Source of the DNA: Omnitrophica bacterium RIFOXYB12_FULL_50_7
GTDB lineage: Bacteria > Omnitrophota > Omnitrophia > Omnitrophales > Aquincolibacteriaceae
Length of the DNA: 34,425 bases
NCBI GenBank assembly: GCA_001804345.1
Contig: MHFU01000056.1
Coordinates: 11,034 to 45,458, forward strand
Reading direction: 5' to 3'
Both the position numbers and the translations under genes were made by a program. Under the pieces are notes generated by a model. The model had not been told where the DNA came from. It ran no database searches and saw nothing but the letters and a program-made list of their open reading frames with translations. Of the stretch, positions 6,999 through 15,199 are shown piece after piece; position 1 is the stretch's first letter, and each line of letters opens with the position of its first letter.

Positions 6999-9623
6999 AT
7001 GAACCCGTTTAATTTCTACGGCTCTCAATTCCTTGCTTTTTATGCGGCTCTTTTAGTGATTCTCAGCATCGGGATCATTTATTGGCGGAATATCAAGGAA
7101 TCCTCTTCAGAATCATCACAGAATAATCTTACCGATCCCTATCTTATAGCTTATCTTCGTGGCCGCTGCAACGAGGCGTTGCGCGTGGCGGTTATTGCTC
7201 TCATTGACCGAGGGCTTTTGAAGGTTGACGAAAAAGCCAAGGGGTTGTTTAAAAAGGAATACAAATTAGAAGTGACGAAACAATCCGCGGGTAATTTTGT
7301 CAATCGACCCATTGAAAAGGCGATTATCAAAAAATTCGAGAAATCAGACAAGGCGACAGCTGTCTTTAATGATTCCGAACTTGTTTCGGCCTGCGAGGAT
7401 TACGAAAACGAATTAACGCGCCTGGGGCTGCTCCCGGATGAGGATGTTAAATGGATAAGAATGAACGGCTTTGTTTTTTCGCTTCTTATCGCCTGGGGAT
7501 TCGCGCTCACAAAGATTGTGATCGCTTTGAGCCGGGGGCGGCACAATATTATTTTTCTAATCATACTGGCCGTAGCCTACTCTTTTCTGGCTTACCGGAT
7601 CGCCAACCCTTTCAGGACAAAAAAAGGAGATCGCGCGGTAAGAGATCTGAAGCAGTCATTTTCGGGGCTGAAAGAGAGGGCGAAATCGATTCGTCCGGGT
7701 GGCGTTACCAATGAAGCCGCTCTGCTTGCAGCGGTTTTTGGACTGTCGCTGCTTCCGGCCACAGCTTATCCTTACGTGAAAAAGATGTATCCCAAGGCTT
7801 ATTACTCTCAATCAAATTGGTCATCGAGCTGCGGCAGTTCCGGATGTGGTTTTGGTACTGCCTGTGGTTCGGGGACTTCATGCGGGAGCGGCGGAAGTTG
7901 CGGCGGAGGTGGATGCGGGGGCGGCTGTGGCGGTTGCGGAGGGGAGCCGATGAAAAACCATGTCATTCTTTGCGGTCTTGGGCATATCGGTTTTCGGATT
8001 GCCGAACTTCTTTTGCGCCTTAATGAGCAGGTATCCATCATTACCGACAAGACCAAAGGCGAGTGGAAAGATCAAATAGAATCTAAGGGAATCCAGATTA
8101 TTATCGGAGATGCGTCCGATGACCGACGGCTTATCGAGGCCGGCATTCGGGAGGCTAAAGCCCTTATTGCTGCCACAGACAATGACCTCATTAATGTTTC
8201 GGTAGCTTTGGATGCCAAACGCTTAAATCCCAAGATCAACGTTGTAGTCCGGTTGTTTGATCAGCTGTTAGCTCAGCGTCTGGAGCAACACCTTGATGTC
8301 CGGAAGGTATTCAGCACCTCTCTTTTAGCTGCACCGGAATTTGCCGCGGCTGCTCTCGGCGATGAAATCTTGAGTTCTTTCCAGGAGGGTGATTCCCGTT
8401 TCACGCTTGGTCGTTTTCATGTCGATTCCATAGCCGCCTCTAAATATGCGACGGTAGAAGAGCTCGAAGTGAAAGAAAACGTTGTGGTCATCACACGCCA
8501 AGGTAAAGAGCCGACGATAGGCCAGGTTCAAAAGAAGGATCATGTAGCTGCGGGAGATGATCTTTTAGTTTTAGATACAGCTACGGCGCGTTTTTTGAAA
8601 CCGACCGACGCTCAAAAGCAAAGAATGCGAAGGTCCCGTGCCCTGAATATTGGGGAATCTTTTTTCAAAACGTTTTCCTTCTCTACCTGGATTATTTTCA
8701 CAACGCTTGTTTTGATCGTTTTGATCAGCACCGCGCTTTTTGGGCGCGTTTTGCAGCTGGATCCCGTTACCGCTTTGTATTATGTCATCACAACCATTAC
8801 AACGACGGGGTATGGCGACATCAATTTACTGAACGCCGGCCCCTTTGTTAAACTTTACGGGTGCTTCCTAATGCTTTGCGGCGCCGCCTTTCTTGCGGCC
8901 CTTTTTGGCACGATCACAAACTTTTTCGTTCAAAAACGTCTCGAGCAATTCTTTGGAAAGCATACGGTCCCAAAATCGGGGCATATTGTTGTCATAGGCT
9001 CGGGAAATATCGGCTACAGGGTGATCCAGGAGCTGATCGTGGCTGGTCAGGAAGTCGTCCTGGTCAACCAGGAAGAGAAAGACGAATCGGTCCAGTCCTG
9101 CCGTGAGCTATGTGCCGTTGTTTTGGGAAGCGTTAAGACTCAGGATGTGCTTCTGAAAGCGAACATTACTACTGCGAAAACGATCCTTGCGATTACCGAA
9201 GACGATGTTGCTAATTTAAGTGTGGGGCTCACGGCGAAGGAAATTAATGCGAAGGCCAGGGTCGTGCTCCGGGTTTTTAACCCCGCCCTCGCTGCTAAAG
9301 CCCGCGGCATTTTGAATGTTGATGCAATCCTGAGCACCTCTATGATCTCGGCGCCCGCTTTTGTAGGGGCAGCGCTGTATCCCGATGTGAAAAGCGCAGT
9401 TGTGTCGGGTAATAGTTTGATCCTTTGCCATCACCATGTAATTTCGGAGGGTTCATCGGGGGCGGGGAAAACCTTGTTCGAAATCGGCCAGGGCGAAGAT
9501 CAAAGATGTCTTTTGATTAAAAAAGCCGGGGGAAAATTTGAGCGCGTGAGCCATGATTCGAGAATCAGCGCTGGGCAGGAATGGATCTCCGTCCGGATCA
9601 AACCGCTTACTCCTGTTAAATAA
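6999..9623 (+). CDS. Fusion ORF: TIGR04222-like membrane domain, Cys/Gly-rich tract, RCK-flanked K+ channel
   Basis: N-terminus has DPYLIAYLRGR plus TM helices. The Cys/Gly tract is followed by MKNHVILCGLGHIG (TrkA-N Rossmann), two TM helices around the selectivity filter TTTGYGD, and a second TrkA-N (VVIGSGNIGYRV) with a TrkA-C-like end. Confidence 0.8.
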   Translation: MNPFNFYGSQFLAFYAALLVILSIGIIYWRNIKESSSESSQNNLTDPYLIAYLRGRCNEALRVAVIALIDRGLLKVDEKAKGLFKKEYKLEVTKQSAGNFVNRPIEKAIIKKFEKSDKATAVFNDSELVSACEDYENELTRLGLLPDEDVKWIRMNGFVFSLLIAWGFALTKIVIALSRGRHNIIFLIILAVAYSFLAYRIANPFRTKKGDRAVRDLKQSFSGLKERAKSIRPGGVTNEAALLAAVFGLSLLPATAYPYVKKMYPKAYYSQSNWSSSCGSSGCGFGTACGSGTSCGSGGSCGGGGCGGGCGGCGGEPMKNHVILCGLGHIGFRIAELLLRLNEQVSIITDKTKGEWKDQIESKGIQIIIGDASDDRRLIEAGIREAKALIAATDNDLINVSVALDAKRLNPKINVVVRLFDQLLAQRLEQHLDVRKVFSTSLLAAPEFAAAALGDEILSSFQEGDSRFTLGRFHVDSIAASKYATVEELEVKENVVVITRQGKEPTIGQVQKKDHVAAGDDLLVLDTATARFLKPTDAQKQRMRRSRALNIGESFFKTFSFSTWIIFTTLVLIVLISTALFGRVLQLDPVTALYYVITTITTTGYGDINLLNAGPFVKLYGCFLMLCGAAFLAALFGTITNFFVQKRLEQFFGKHTVPKSGHIVVIGSGNIGYRVIQELIVAGQEVVLVNQEEKDESVQSCRELCAVVLGSVKTQDVLLKANITTAKTILAITEDDVANLSVGLTAKEINAKARVVLRVFNPALAAKARGILNVDAILSTSMISAPAFVGAALYPDVKSAVVSGNSLILCHHHVISEGSSGAGKTLFEIGQGEDQRCLLIKKAGGKFERVSHDSRISAGQEWISVRIKPLTPVK
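7821..7943 (+). other. Low-complexity Cys/Gly/Ser tract (12 Cys in 41 aa) inside the fusion ORF
   Basis: Translation is SSSCGSSGCGFGTACGSGTSCGSGGSCGGGGCGGGCGGCGG. Confidence 0.9.
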
Positions 9624-9633
9624 CTTTTTTCCT

Positions 9634-10665
9634 TCAGAAATTCGCCAAAACTTCTTCGCGTTCAGCCATAAAGCAGTGCGGGTCTTTGTCTTTAAACACA
9701 TCAGATCCTTGGCCGTAAGAGACAGCCAGGCACCCCCCGCATTTTTTTCTTACCGGACACCCCTTGCACGCCTGACACCCCTGCCGATACTGCCTTGCGG
9801 CTTTGGACTCGTAAATGCTATTCATATCATTTTCCAGGATATTGCCGATCCGGGATGGAAATTTCCGGCAAGCGTGAACCTCGCCGTCAGGAAGGAGCGC
9901 AAAGAAATTGAACGCGGCACCGCAGCCGAAGTGGGTGCAACCTCCGAAAAGGGGACGGTGATAATGATGACGGAAAATATTGAAGAGGTTGTCCTTAAAG
10001 CCAAGAATCTTACTTGTGCGGGAAGCAACGAGATATTGCTTCATAAACGAAATGAGCCGGTTTTTAGTGGGGATCTCAAGAGAAGCGCCTTCCCCGACTT
10101 GAGATAGCCGGTTGAAGGTTAGCCGCTCCACGGAACCTGTCAGGCTTTCGGCAAGAGGAATCACCTGATCCATATTATCGCGACTGAGTGTCAACATGAC
10201 ATGTCTTCTGACACCATGCCTGCCTAGGATTTGAAGAAAATGGATTGTCCGGTCAAAATGATCAACGCCACGAATGTAATCGTTATGATCCTTGAGGCCC
10301 TCAAGACTCACTTGAAAGTAAGCGGGTTTTTGGATCGAAACGATTTTCTCTACCAAATCGTCAGAGATGGGGTTCCCGTAGATGGAAATAGGAATGCCTT
10401 TTTTAGAGATTTCCTCATAAAGTTTTATGAGCCCAGCATAGAGGAACGGATTACCGCCGGTGAGAGAGATGTGTCCTTTGATACGGCGTTTCTTGCAAAA
10501 CAGGACAAAACCGTTAAGGATTCGGATTGCTTCGGGAAGATCCAAAGCTGAGGTATTGGAACGATCGTAGCAGTGACGGCAATGTAACTCGCAAGCATTG
10601 GTTAGATGCCATTGGAGAGTAAAAGCGTTCGTCTTTCTTCCGAAAAGCCAGCGATCGCGTAACAT
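9634..10665 (-). CDS. Radical SAM enzyme with SPASM-type C-terminal Cys clusters
   Basis: TNACELHCRHCY (CxxxCxxC). C-terminal GGCTHFGCGA...CRKF...CQACKGCPVRKKCGGCLAVSY. Convergent with the channel gene. Confidence 0.85.
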   Translation of the reverse strand: MLRDRWLFGRKTNAFTLQWHLTNACELHCRHCYDRSNTSALDLPEAIRILNGFVLFCKKRRIKGHISLTGGNPFLYAGLIKLYEEISKKGIPISIYGNPISDDLVEKIVSIQKPAYFQVSLEGLKDHNDYIRGVDHFDRTIHFLQILGRHGVRRHVMLTLSRDNMDQVIPLAESLTGSVERLTFNRLSQVGEGASLEIPTKNRLISFMKQYLVASRTSKILGFKDNLFNIFRHHYHRPLFGGCTHFGCGAAFNFFALLPDGEVHACRKFPSRIGNILENDMNSIYESKAARQYRQGCQACKGCPVRKKCGGCLAVSYGQGSDVFKDKDPHCFMAEREEVLANF

Positions 10666-11016
10666 GGGCTAGATTCTAACGTTGATTGGTCCGAATTCAA
10701 TATAACTTTCCCTCTTGAGATCAGCGATATTAACTTCGCTGAGGATAAGAAGCCGGCTCGGTAATCTCTCCGGAATATAGATTGTGTAAAAATGAGGCGT
10801 TGTTCTATAATTCCCAGCAGCAACGGACAATTAGACTTCCGCAAATGTGTTTGGTGTTCACGTTTCTCTATACGACCGAATGAACTTAAAAAAGTTTTCC
10901 AGAGTTTTTAGCGCGCTAATGGACACCCTTTGGGCACCGAAGGCTGGTGGTATAGAAAAATCTTATGCGGTGTAATGAAACCCAACCCGTTAATGCGCAA
11001 GTAGTTGTAGCATCGT

Positions 11017-11103
11017 GGAGAGGTGGCAGAGCGGTTGAATGCGGCAGTCTTGAAAACTGCTAAGTCCGCAAGGGCTTCGGGGGTTCGAATCCCTCCCTCT
11101 CCG
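11017..11103 (+). tRNA. tRNA-Ser(UGA)
   Basis: Acceptor GGAGAGG/CCTCTCC, anticodon arm GCAGT CTTGAAA ACTGC, long variable arm, T-loop TTCGAAT. Confidence 0.92.
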
Positions 11104-11190
11104 TCTTACCTGTGTAAAACGATGTCGCCGACGAGGTTCAAGGAATACTTCGTACGGTAAACGCCGCCACCTTCGGGGAGGGGATTTTCC

Positions 11191-11244
11191 GCCACACAGC
11201 GTGGGCGGATCCGTCCGAGCATTTTGGCGGAGAAGGGAGCCCCG
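11191..11244. repeat. Dispersed ~50-nt repeat found downstream of tRNA genes (copy 2)
   Basis: GCCACACAGCGTGGGCGGATCCGTCC...GGCGGAGAAGGGAGCCCCG aligns with 3691-3741. Confidence 0.45.
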
Positions 11245-11310
11245 AAGGCGCTTATGACAGGCGTCATAAGTGCGGGGCGGAGGGCCGACCCGGAATGAAA
11301 TGGAGGGCGC

Positions 11311-11394
11311 CGAATCCCTCCCTCTCCGTTTTACCTTTGTAAAACGACGTTGTCGTCGAGGTCTAGGGAAAACCTCGTACGACAGACGCCGCCA
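11311..11394 (+). repeat. Duplicate of the tRNA-Ser(UGA) 3' end plus ~65 nt of downstream flank
   Basis: CGAATCCCTCCCTCTCCGTTTTACCTTTGTAAAACGACG...CGTACGACAGACGCCGCCA aligns with 11086-11169. A third, degenerate copy lies at 11549-11580. Confidence 0.7.
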
Positions 11395-11714
11395 TTTTTT
11401 TCAATAAAAAATGACGGCACCGTGACGATTTAGTGAAATCGTCATGGTGGCAATAAAGGGATTCGAAGCCGACCTGAGCGCCACGGGTTCAAGCGAAGGC
11501 GGCCGGCTTCGGAGGAGGCTTGCGACAGCAGGCCGGAGGAGAAGGAAACCCTCTCTCCGTTTTATTGGTATAAAACGACGTCAAGCGTTTTGGAAAAGTC
11601 CCTCCTTTTGATCCAGAAGCCTGTATTGCTATTTCAAAAAACATGTGTTATCTTCCCGGCACCTGCGCGCTTCTGATTTTTTGCGGGAATCTCTCAAGAA
11701 GGAAAATAAACCCA

Positions 11715-12305
11715 ATGTCTTTTCCAATAGTTCACTCGATGGTCGGCTATTCCGTTTACCGGATGGGAAAGTCCGGAAACAGAAGCTGGAAGGAAGCCGC
11801 CTTTTTCGCTTTTGCCGCAACGGCTGCCGACATCGATTACCTCCCAGGAATTTTAGTGGGGAGCCCCATCCTCTTTCATCAATCCATCACGCATAGCATC
11901 GCCTTCGCTTTTGTTTTCGGGTTGGCGATTGCAGCGGCGGCGAAGGTCTTCAGGAAAAATTCTTTTTTAAAGTCGTTTCTTCTTTCATCCGCCGTCTACG
12001 CGACGCATCCTCTTCTGGATCTGTTCACGTCGCCGGTGGTGTCTCTTTTGTGGCCTTTTCACCCCGTGGATCTTGCTCAGCAATTCGCAACATTTCGGTC
12101 CTTGCCGCTATGTCGGGACGGGGTGAAGGATTTCGCGTGCCAACTGTTCTTGAACTTCTCATGCGTTCAGCGATTCTGGAGGGAGATCTTTCTTTTGGGC
12201 TCCGCTCTGACCTTTTTCTTCTTTCGAGCCGCGCTCCGTCGTCTTTTCGCGTCCACAAAACGTCGCACGATTCTTACAGACGCTCCCGCGCCATGTGCGG
12301 ATTAG
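11715..12305 (+). CDS. Membrane-bound metal-dependent hydrolase (YdjM/DUF457-like)
   Basis: MSFPIVHSMVGY..., ADIDYLPG, HQSITHS and HPLLDLFT His/Asp-rich motifs with several TM helices. I prefer ATG 11715 over the upstream track start. Confidence 0.6.
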   Translation: MSFPIVHSMVGYSVYRMGKSGNRSWKEAAFFAFAATAADIDYLPGILVGSPILFHQSITHSIAFAFVFGLAIAAAAKVFRKNSFLKSFLLSSAVYATHPLLDLFTSPVVSLLWPFHPVDLAQQFATFRSLPLCRDGVKDFACQLFLNFSCVQRFWREIFLLGSALTFFFFRAALRRLFASTKRRTILTDAPAPCAD

Positions 12306-12394
12306 GTGAGAGAAGGAATGTGAAAGAACGTTTTTTCCTGGCGGTGAGTTTTCGGCATTCCCCTCCGAAGCTGTTTTAAAAAGGTAAGATCTCT

Positions 12395-14125
12395 ATGAAC
12401 CTTCTGCTTCTGATCCTGTGTTCCGTGGTCGTGTTGTTCCTGGGTTACCGGCTTTACGGGAATTTTTTAAGCCGGATCCTTCGACTGCGGGATGAAGTTC
12501 CGACCCCGGCGTGCGCGCTCCAGGACGATGTGGATTTTGTTCCGGCGGGGAAATGGTACTTACTGGGGCAACATTTCTCTGCAATCGCCGCGGCGGGGCC
12601 GATTGTGGGGCCCATTCTTGCCGGCATGTGGTTCGGATGGGTGCCGACGCTTCTCTGGATCCTCTTGGGCGGTATTTTCATCGGCGGTGTTCACGACATG
12701 CTTACTGTGGCGGCCTCAGTCCGTCATCAAGGCAAGTCCATCGCGGAAGTTCTCCGGGAATATATGAGCAAGCGCGGCTATATTCTCTTCCTGCTTTTTC
12801 TCTGGTTCTCGCTTGTTTATATCATAACGACATTCATGGATATCACGGCCGGAACCTTTACCGATCCTGTAAGAGGTGCAGGCGTTGCGTCCTCCTCCAT
12901 GATGTACCTTGGGCTTGCCGTCGTGATGGGACTCATTCTCAGGAAATTCAACCCGCCACTTGGAATCACGACGCTTGTTTTTCTGCCCCTGGTTTTTGTA
13001 GCGATCTTCCTTGGTCCGCATTTTCCACTCATCTTGCCTGCTTTGGGGAAGGTGGATCCGCGGGTGATGTGGAATGGAGCGCTTTTAGTCTATTGTTTTA
13101 TCGCGGCGGTGATCCCGATGTGGCTTTTGCTCCAGCCGCGCGGCTATCTGGGTGGTTTTTTCCTTACTCTGATGGTGGGGGTGAGCCTGCTTGGGATTCT
13201 TGTGGGGAATTTTATTCAACCCTTTGTGATTCAATACCCGGCATTTACCGGATGGATCAGTCCGGCCGGTTTCCCGCTTCTGCCGCTCCTTTTCACAACG
13301 GTCGCGTGCGGCGCCTGTTCGGGATTTCACGCCATGGTTTCTTCCGGCACGACCTCCAAACAGATTGCCAGGGAGTCCGACATCAAGTTGGTCGGATATG
13401 GAGGACTTCTTCTCGAGAGCTTTGTGGCCGTGATCGCTCTTGCGACCGTTTTGATCCTCACCGTCTCAAAAGCCAACGCACTGCAAGATCCTAACCAGAT
13501 CTTTGCCAATGGCGTCAGCGCATTCCTGAGCCGTCTGGGGATTCCCACGGAGTTGGCGCTTAATTTCGCTCTTCTCGCGTTTGCTACTTTTGTCTACGAT
13601 ACCCTGGATGTAGCAACGCGTCTCGGACGCTATATTTTTGAGGAGCTGACAGGATGGCGAGGGAAATGGAGCCCTTACGCGGCGGCTTTGATCACGTTGA
13701 TCCTGCCCGCGATCTTTGTAACGACTCGGATAACGGACGCTTCCGGGAACGTGATCCCGGCGTGGAAAATGTTCTGGTCGGTTTTCGGCTCAAGCAACCA
13801 GCTGCTTGCTGCGCTGGTGCTCCTGACCGTAAGCCTCTGGCTCTTTAAGAACAAAATGCGCTACGGGGCAGCCTTTTGGCCGGCGATCTTCATGATGCTT
13901 GTGGCGATGTGCTCGCTTTTCTTCATCCTGAAACCGTGGGTCCAGGAAATGTTTTCACTCGGGAGATTCATTTTTAATCCCATGGGAATCACGGGCGCTC
14001 TGTTGGCGGGGCTCGCCCTCTCACTTTTATTCGAAGGAGTGAGTATTTTTGTAAAGACACGGACCCTAAAGGCCGAAACAGTTATGGACAAACCCCTCGG
14101 GAGTTTTGATGACAAAAAAAATTAA
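12395..14125 (+). CDS. cstA: Carbon starvation protein A family transporter
   Basis: 576 aa polytopic protein. The N-terminal region YRLYGNFLSR...PTPA...DFVPAGKWYLLGQHFSAIAAAGPIVGPILA is typical of CstA. Confidence 0.9.
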   Translation: MNLLLLILCSVVVLFLGYRLYGNFLSRILRLRDEVPTPACALQDDVDFVPAGKWYLLGQHFSAIAAAGPIVGPILAGMWFGWVPTLLWILLGGIFIGGVHDMLTVAASVRHQGKSIAEVLREYMSKRGYILFLLFLWFSLVYIITTFMDITAGTFTDPVRGAGVASSSMMYLGLAVVMGLILRKFNPPLGITTLVFLPLVFVAIFLGPHFPLILPALGKVDPRVMWNGALLVYCFIAAVIPMWLLLQPRGYLGGFFLTLMVGVSLLGILVGNFIQPFVIQYPAFTGWISPAGFPLLPLLFTTVACGACSGFHAMVSSGTTSKQIARESDIKLVGYGGLLLESFVAVIALATVLILTVSKANALQDPNQIFANGVSAFLSRLGIPTELALNFALLAFATFVYDTLDVATRLGRYIFEELTGWRGKWSPYAAALITLILPAIFVTTRITDASGNVIPAWKMFWSVFGSSNQLLAALVLLTVSLWLFKNKMRYGAAFWPAIFMMLVAMCSLFFILKPWVQEMFSLGRFIFNPMGITGALLAGLALSLLFEGVSIFVKTRTLKAETVMDKPLGSFDDKKN

Positions 14126-14474
14126 AGAGTTCAAAGAACGCAGGAAGTTTGCTCGCGCAGACGTTTATGCCGTGGCACGTTATTTTTGCTCTCTTCGCGA
14201 TAGAGAGGTGGGGCTCCAGGCCCGGATCTCCGATATTTCCGAAGGCGGGGCATCGCTTGTGACTTTTATGGAGGGAATTCCCATGGAGGCCTCAGTTAAA
14301 ATTAGCTTTGTAATCCCCGGGGAGACAGGGCCCCTTGTGGCTGTAGAGGGCAAGGTCAAGCATACCGGGATCCTCGAAAGAGATCTGTACCGGTCAGGCG
14401 TTGAATTCCTCAAGGTGAAGAAAAAAGATTTGCAAGCCATTCGCGGATACGTGACTTCGCATAAAAGGAAGTAA
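14109..14474 (+). CDS. PilZ domain protein
   Basis: RRKFAR (RxxxR) and DISEGGASL (DxSxxG) motifs. The start overlaps the cstA 3' end by 17 nt. GGGAG RBS. Confidence 0.8.
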   Translation: MTKKIKEFKERRKFARADVYAVARYFCSLRDREVGLQARISDISEGGASLVTFMEGIPMEASVKISFVIPGETGPLVAVEGKVKHTGILERDLYRSGVEFLKVKKKDLQAIRGYVTSHKRK

Positions 14475-14594
14475 AAAGCCAGAGACTTCGGACAAAAAGA
14501 CGATAAGCGAAGATTTCTCGCTGTTGCCACTGTGGCACGGACCCGAAGCTTCTTTTTTTAGTATGGGGTCTCCGGTCTCAAGTCCGCGGTCTTT

Positions 14595-14963
14595 TCAGGG
14601 CGCTCCGATCATGTCCCGTACGAACTGATCCAACAAAGTTTCCAGGTTGATCGGTTTGGTCAGATACTCTGAAGCGCCAAGTTCGACCATTTTTTTGACG
14701 GTTTCCGTGTCCCGGTGACCGGTGAGGACGATCACGGGCAGGGCGGGGAATAGTTCGTGGATGAGACGCATGACCTCAATCCCGTCCATGCCGGGCATGC
14801 CAATATCCAGGAGGACCAGCGACGGAAGATCCCTTTTGATCATGGCAAGGCCGTCGGGACCGTTCAAAGCAAAGGAAGCAGAGTAGCCCGCATCAAAGAG
14901 AAACTCTGTTACCATCTTGCAAATCTCAGGCTCGTCATCGATGATCAGGATTTTTTTTGGCAT
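14595..14963 (-). CDS. Single-domain CheY-like response regulator
   Basis: KILIIDDEP, LVLLDIGMPGMDG, VIVLTGH, YLTKP. 122 aa. Confidence 0.9.
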   Translation of the reverse strand: MPKKILIIDDEPEICKMVTEFLFDAGYSASFALNGPDGLAMIKRDLPSLVLLDIGMPGMDGIEVMRLIHELFPALPVIVLTGHRDTETVKKMVELGASEYLTKPINLETLLDQFVRDMIGAP

Positions 14964-15199
14964 CTTGTCCTCCCTCGCTATTCCCTCTTATTATAAAACA
15001 AGACCGCTTTTCTCAGGAACAATAATTTCACGGTGAAAACAAAAACCGGACGGAGGAAGGCGGATGACAAAAGACAAAGAACCAAGAGCGTGACGCTATC
15101 TGCCCTCCCCCCTCCATTATCCGGAAAGTGATTTTTTGTGTCGCCAATCCGCGAGGGGATTGGTAAGATAACCACTGTTCGAACACAACGGAGTCTACA

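Noticed and set aside
5892-11016. Integrase, recombinase or transposase gene within the tRNA-bracketed insert
   Set aside because: The only substantial ORFs translate to a nucleotidyltransferase, the channel fusion and a radical SAM enzyme. The remaining track ORFs here are short shadows with no recombinase motifs.
12511-13494. 327-aa plus-strand ORF and other long overlapping ORFs (4573-5397 minus, 15596-16204 minus, 3787-4218 minus, 9553-10107 plus, 19834-20430 minus, 26578-27006 minus)
   Set aside because: All lie inside or antisense to strongly recognisable genes. They translate to Arg/Gly/Pro-rich low-complexity sequence with no family resemblance, which is typical of shadow ORFs.
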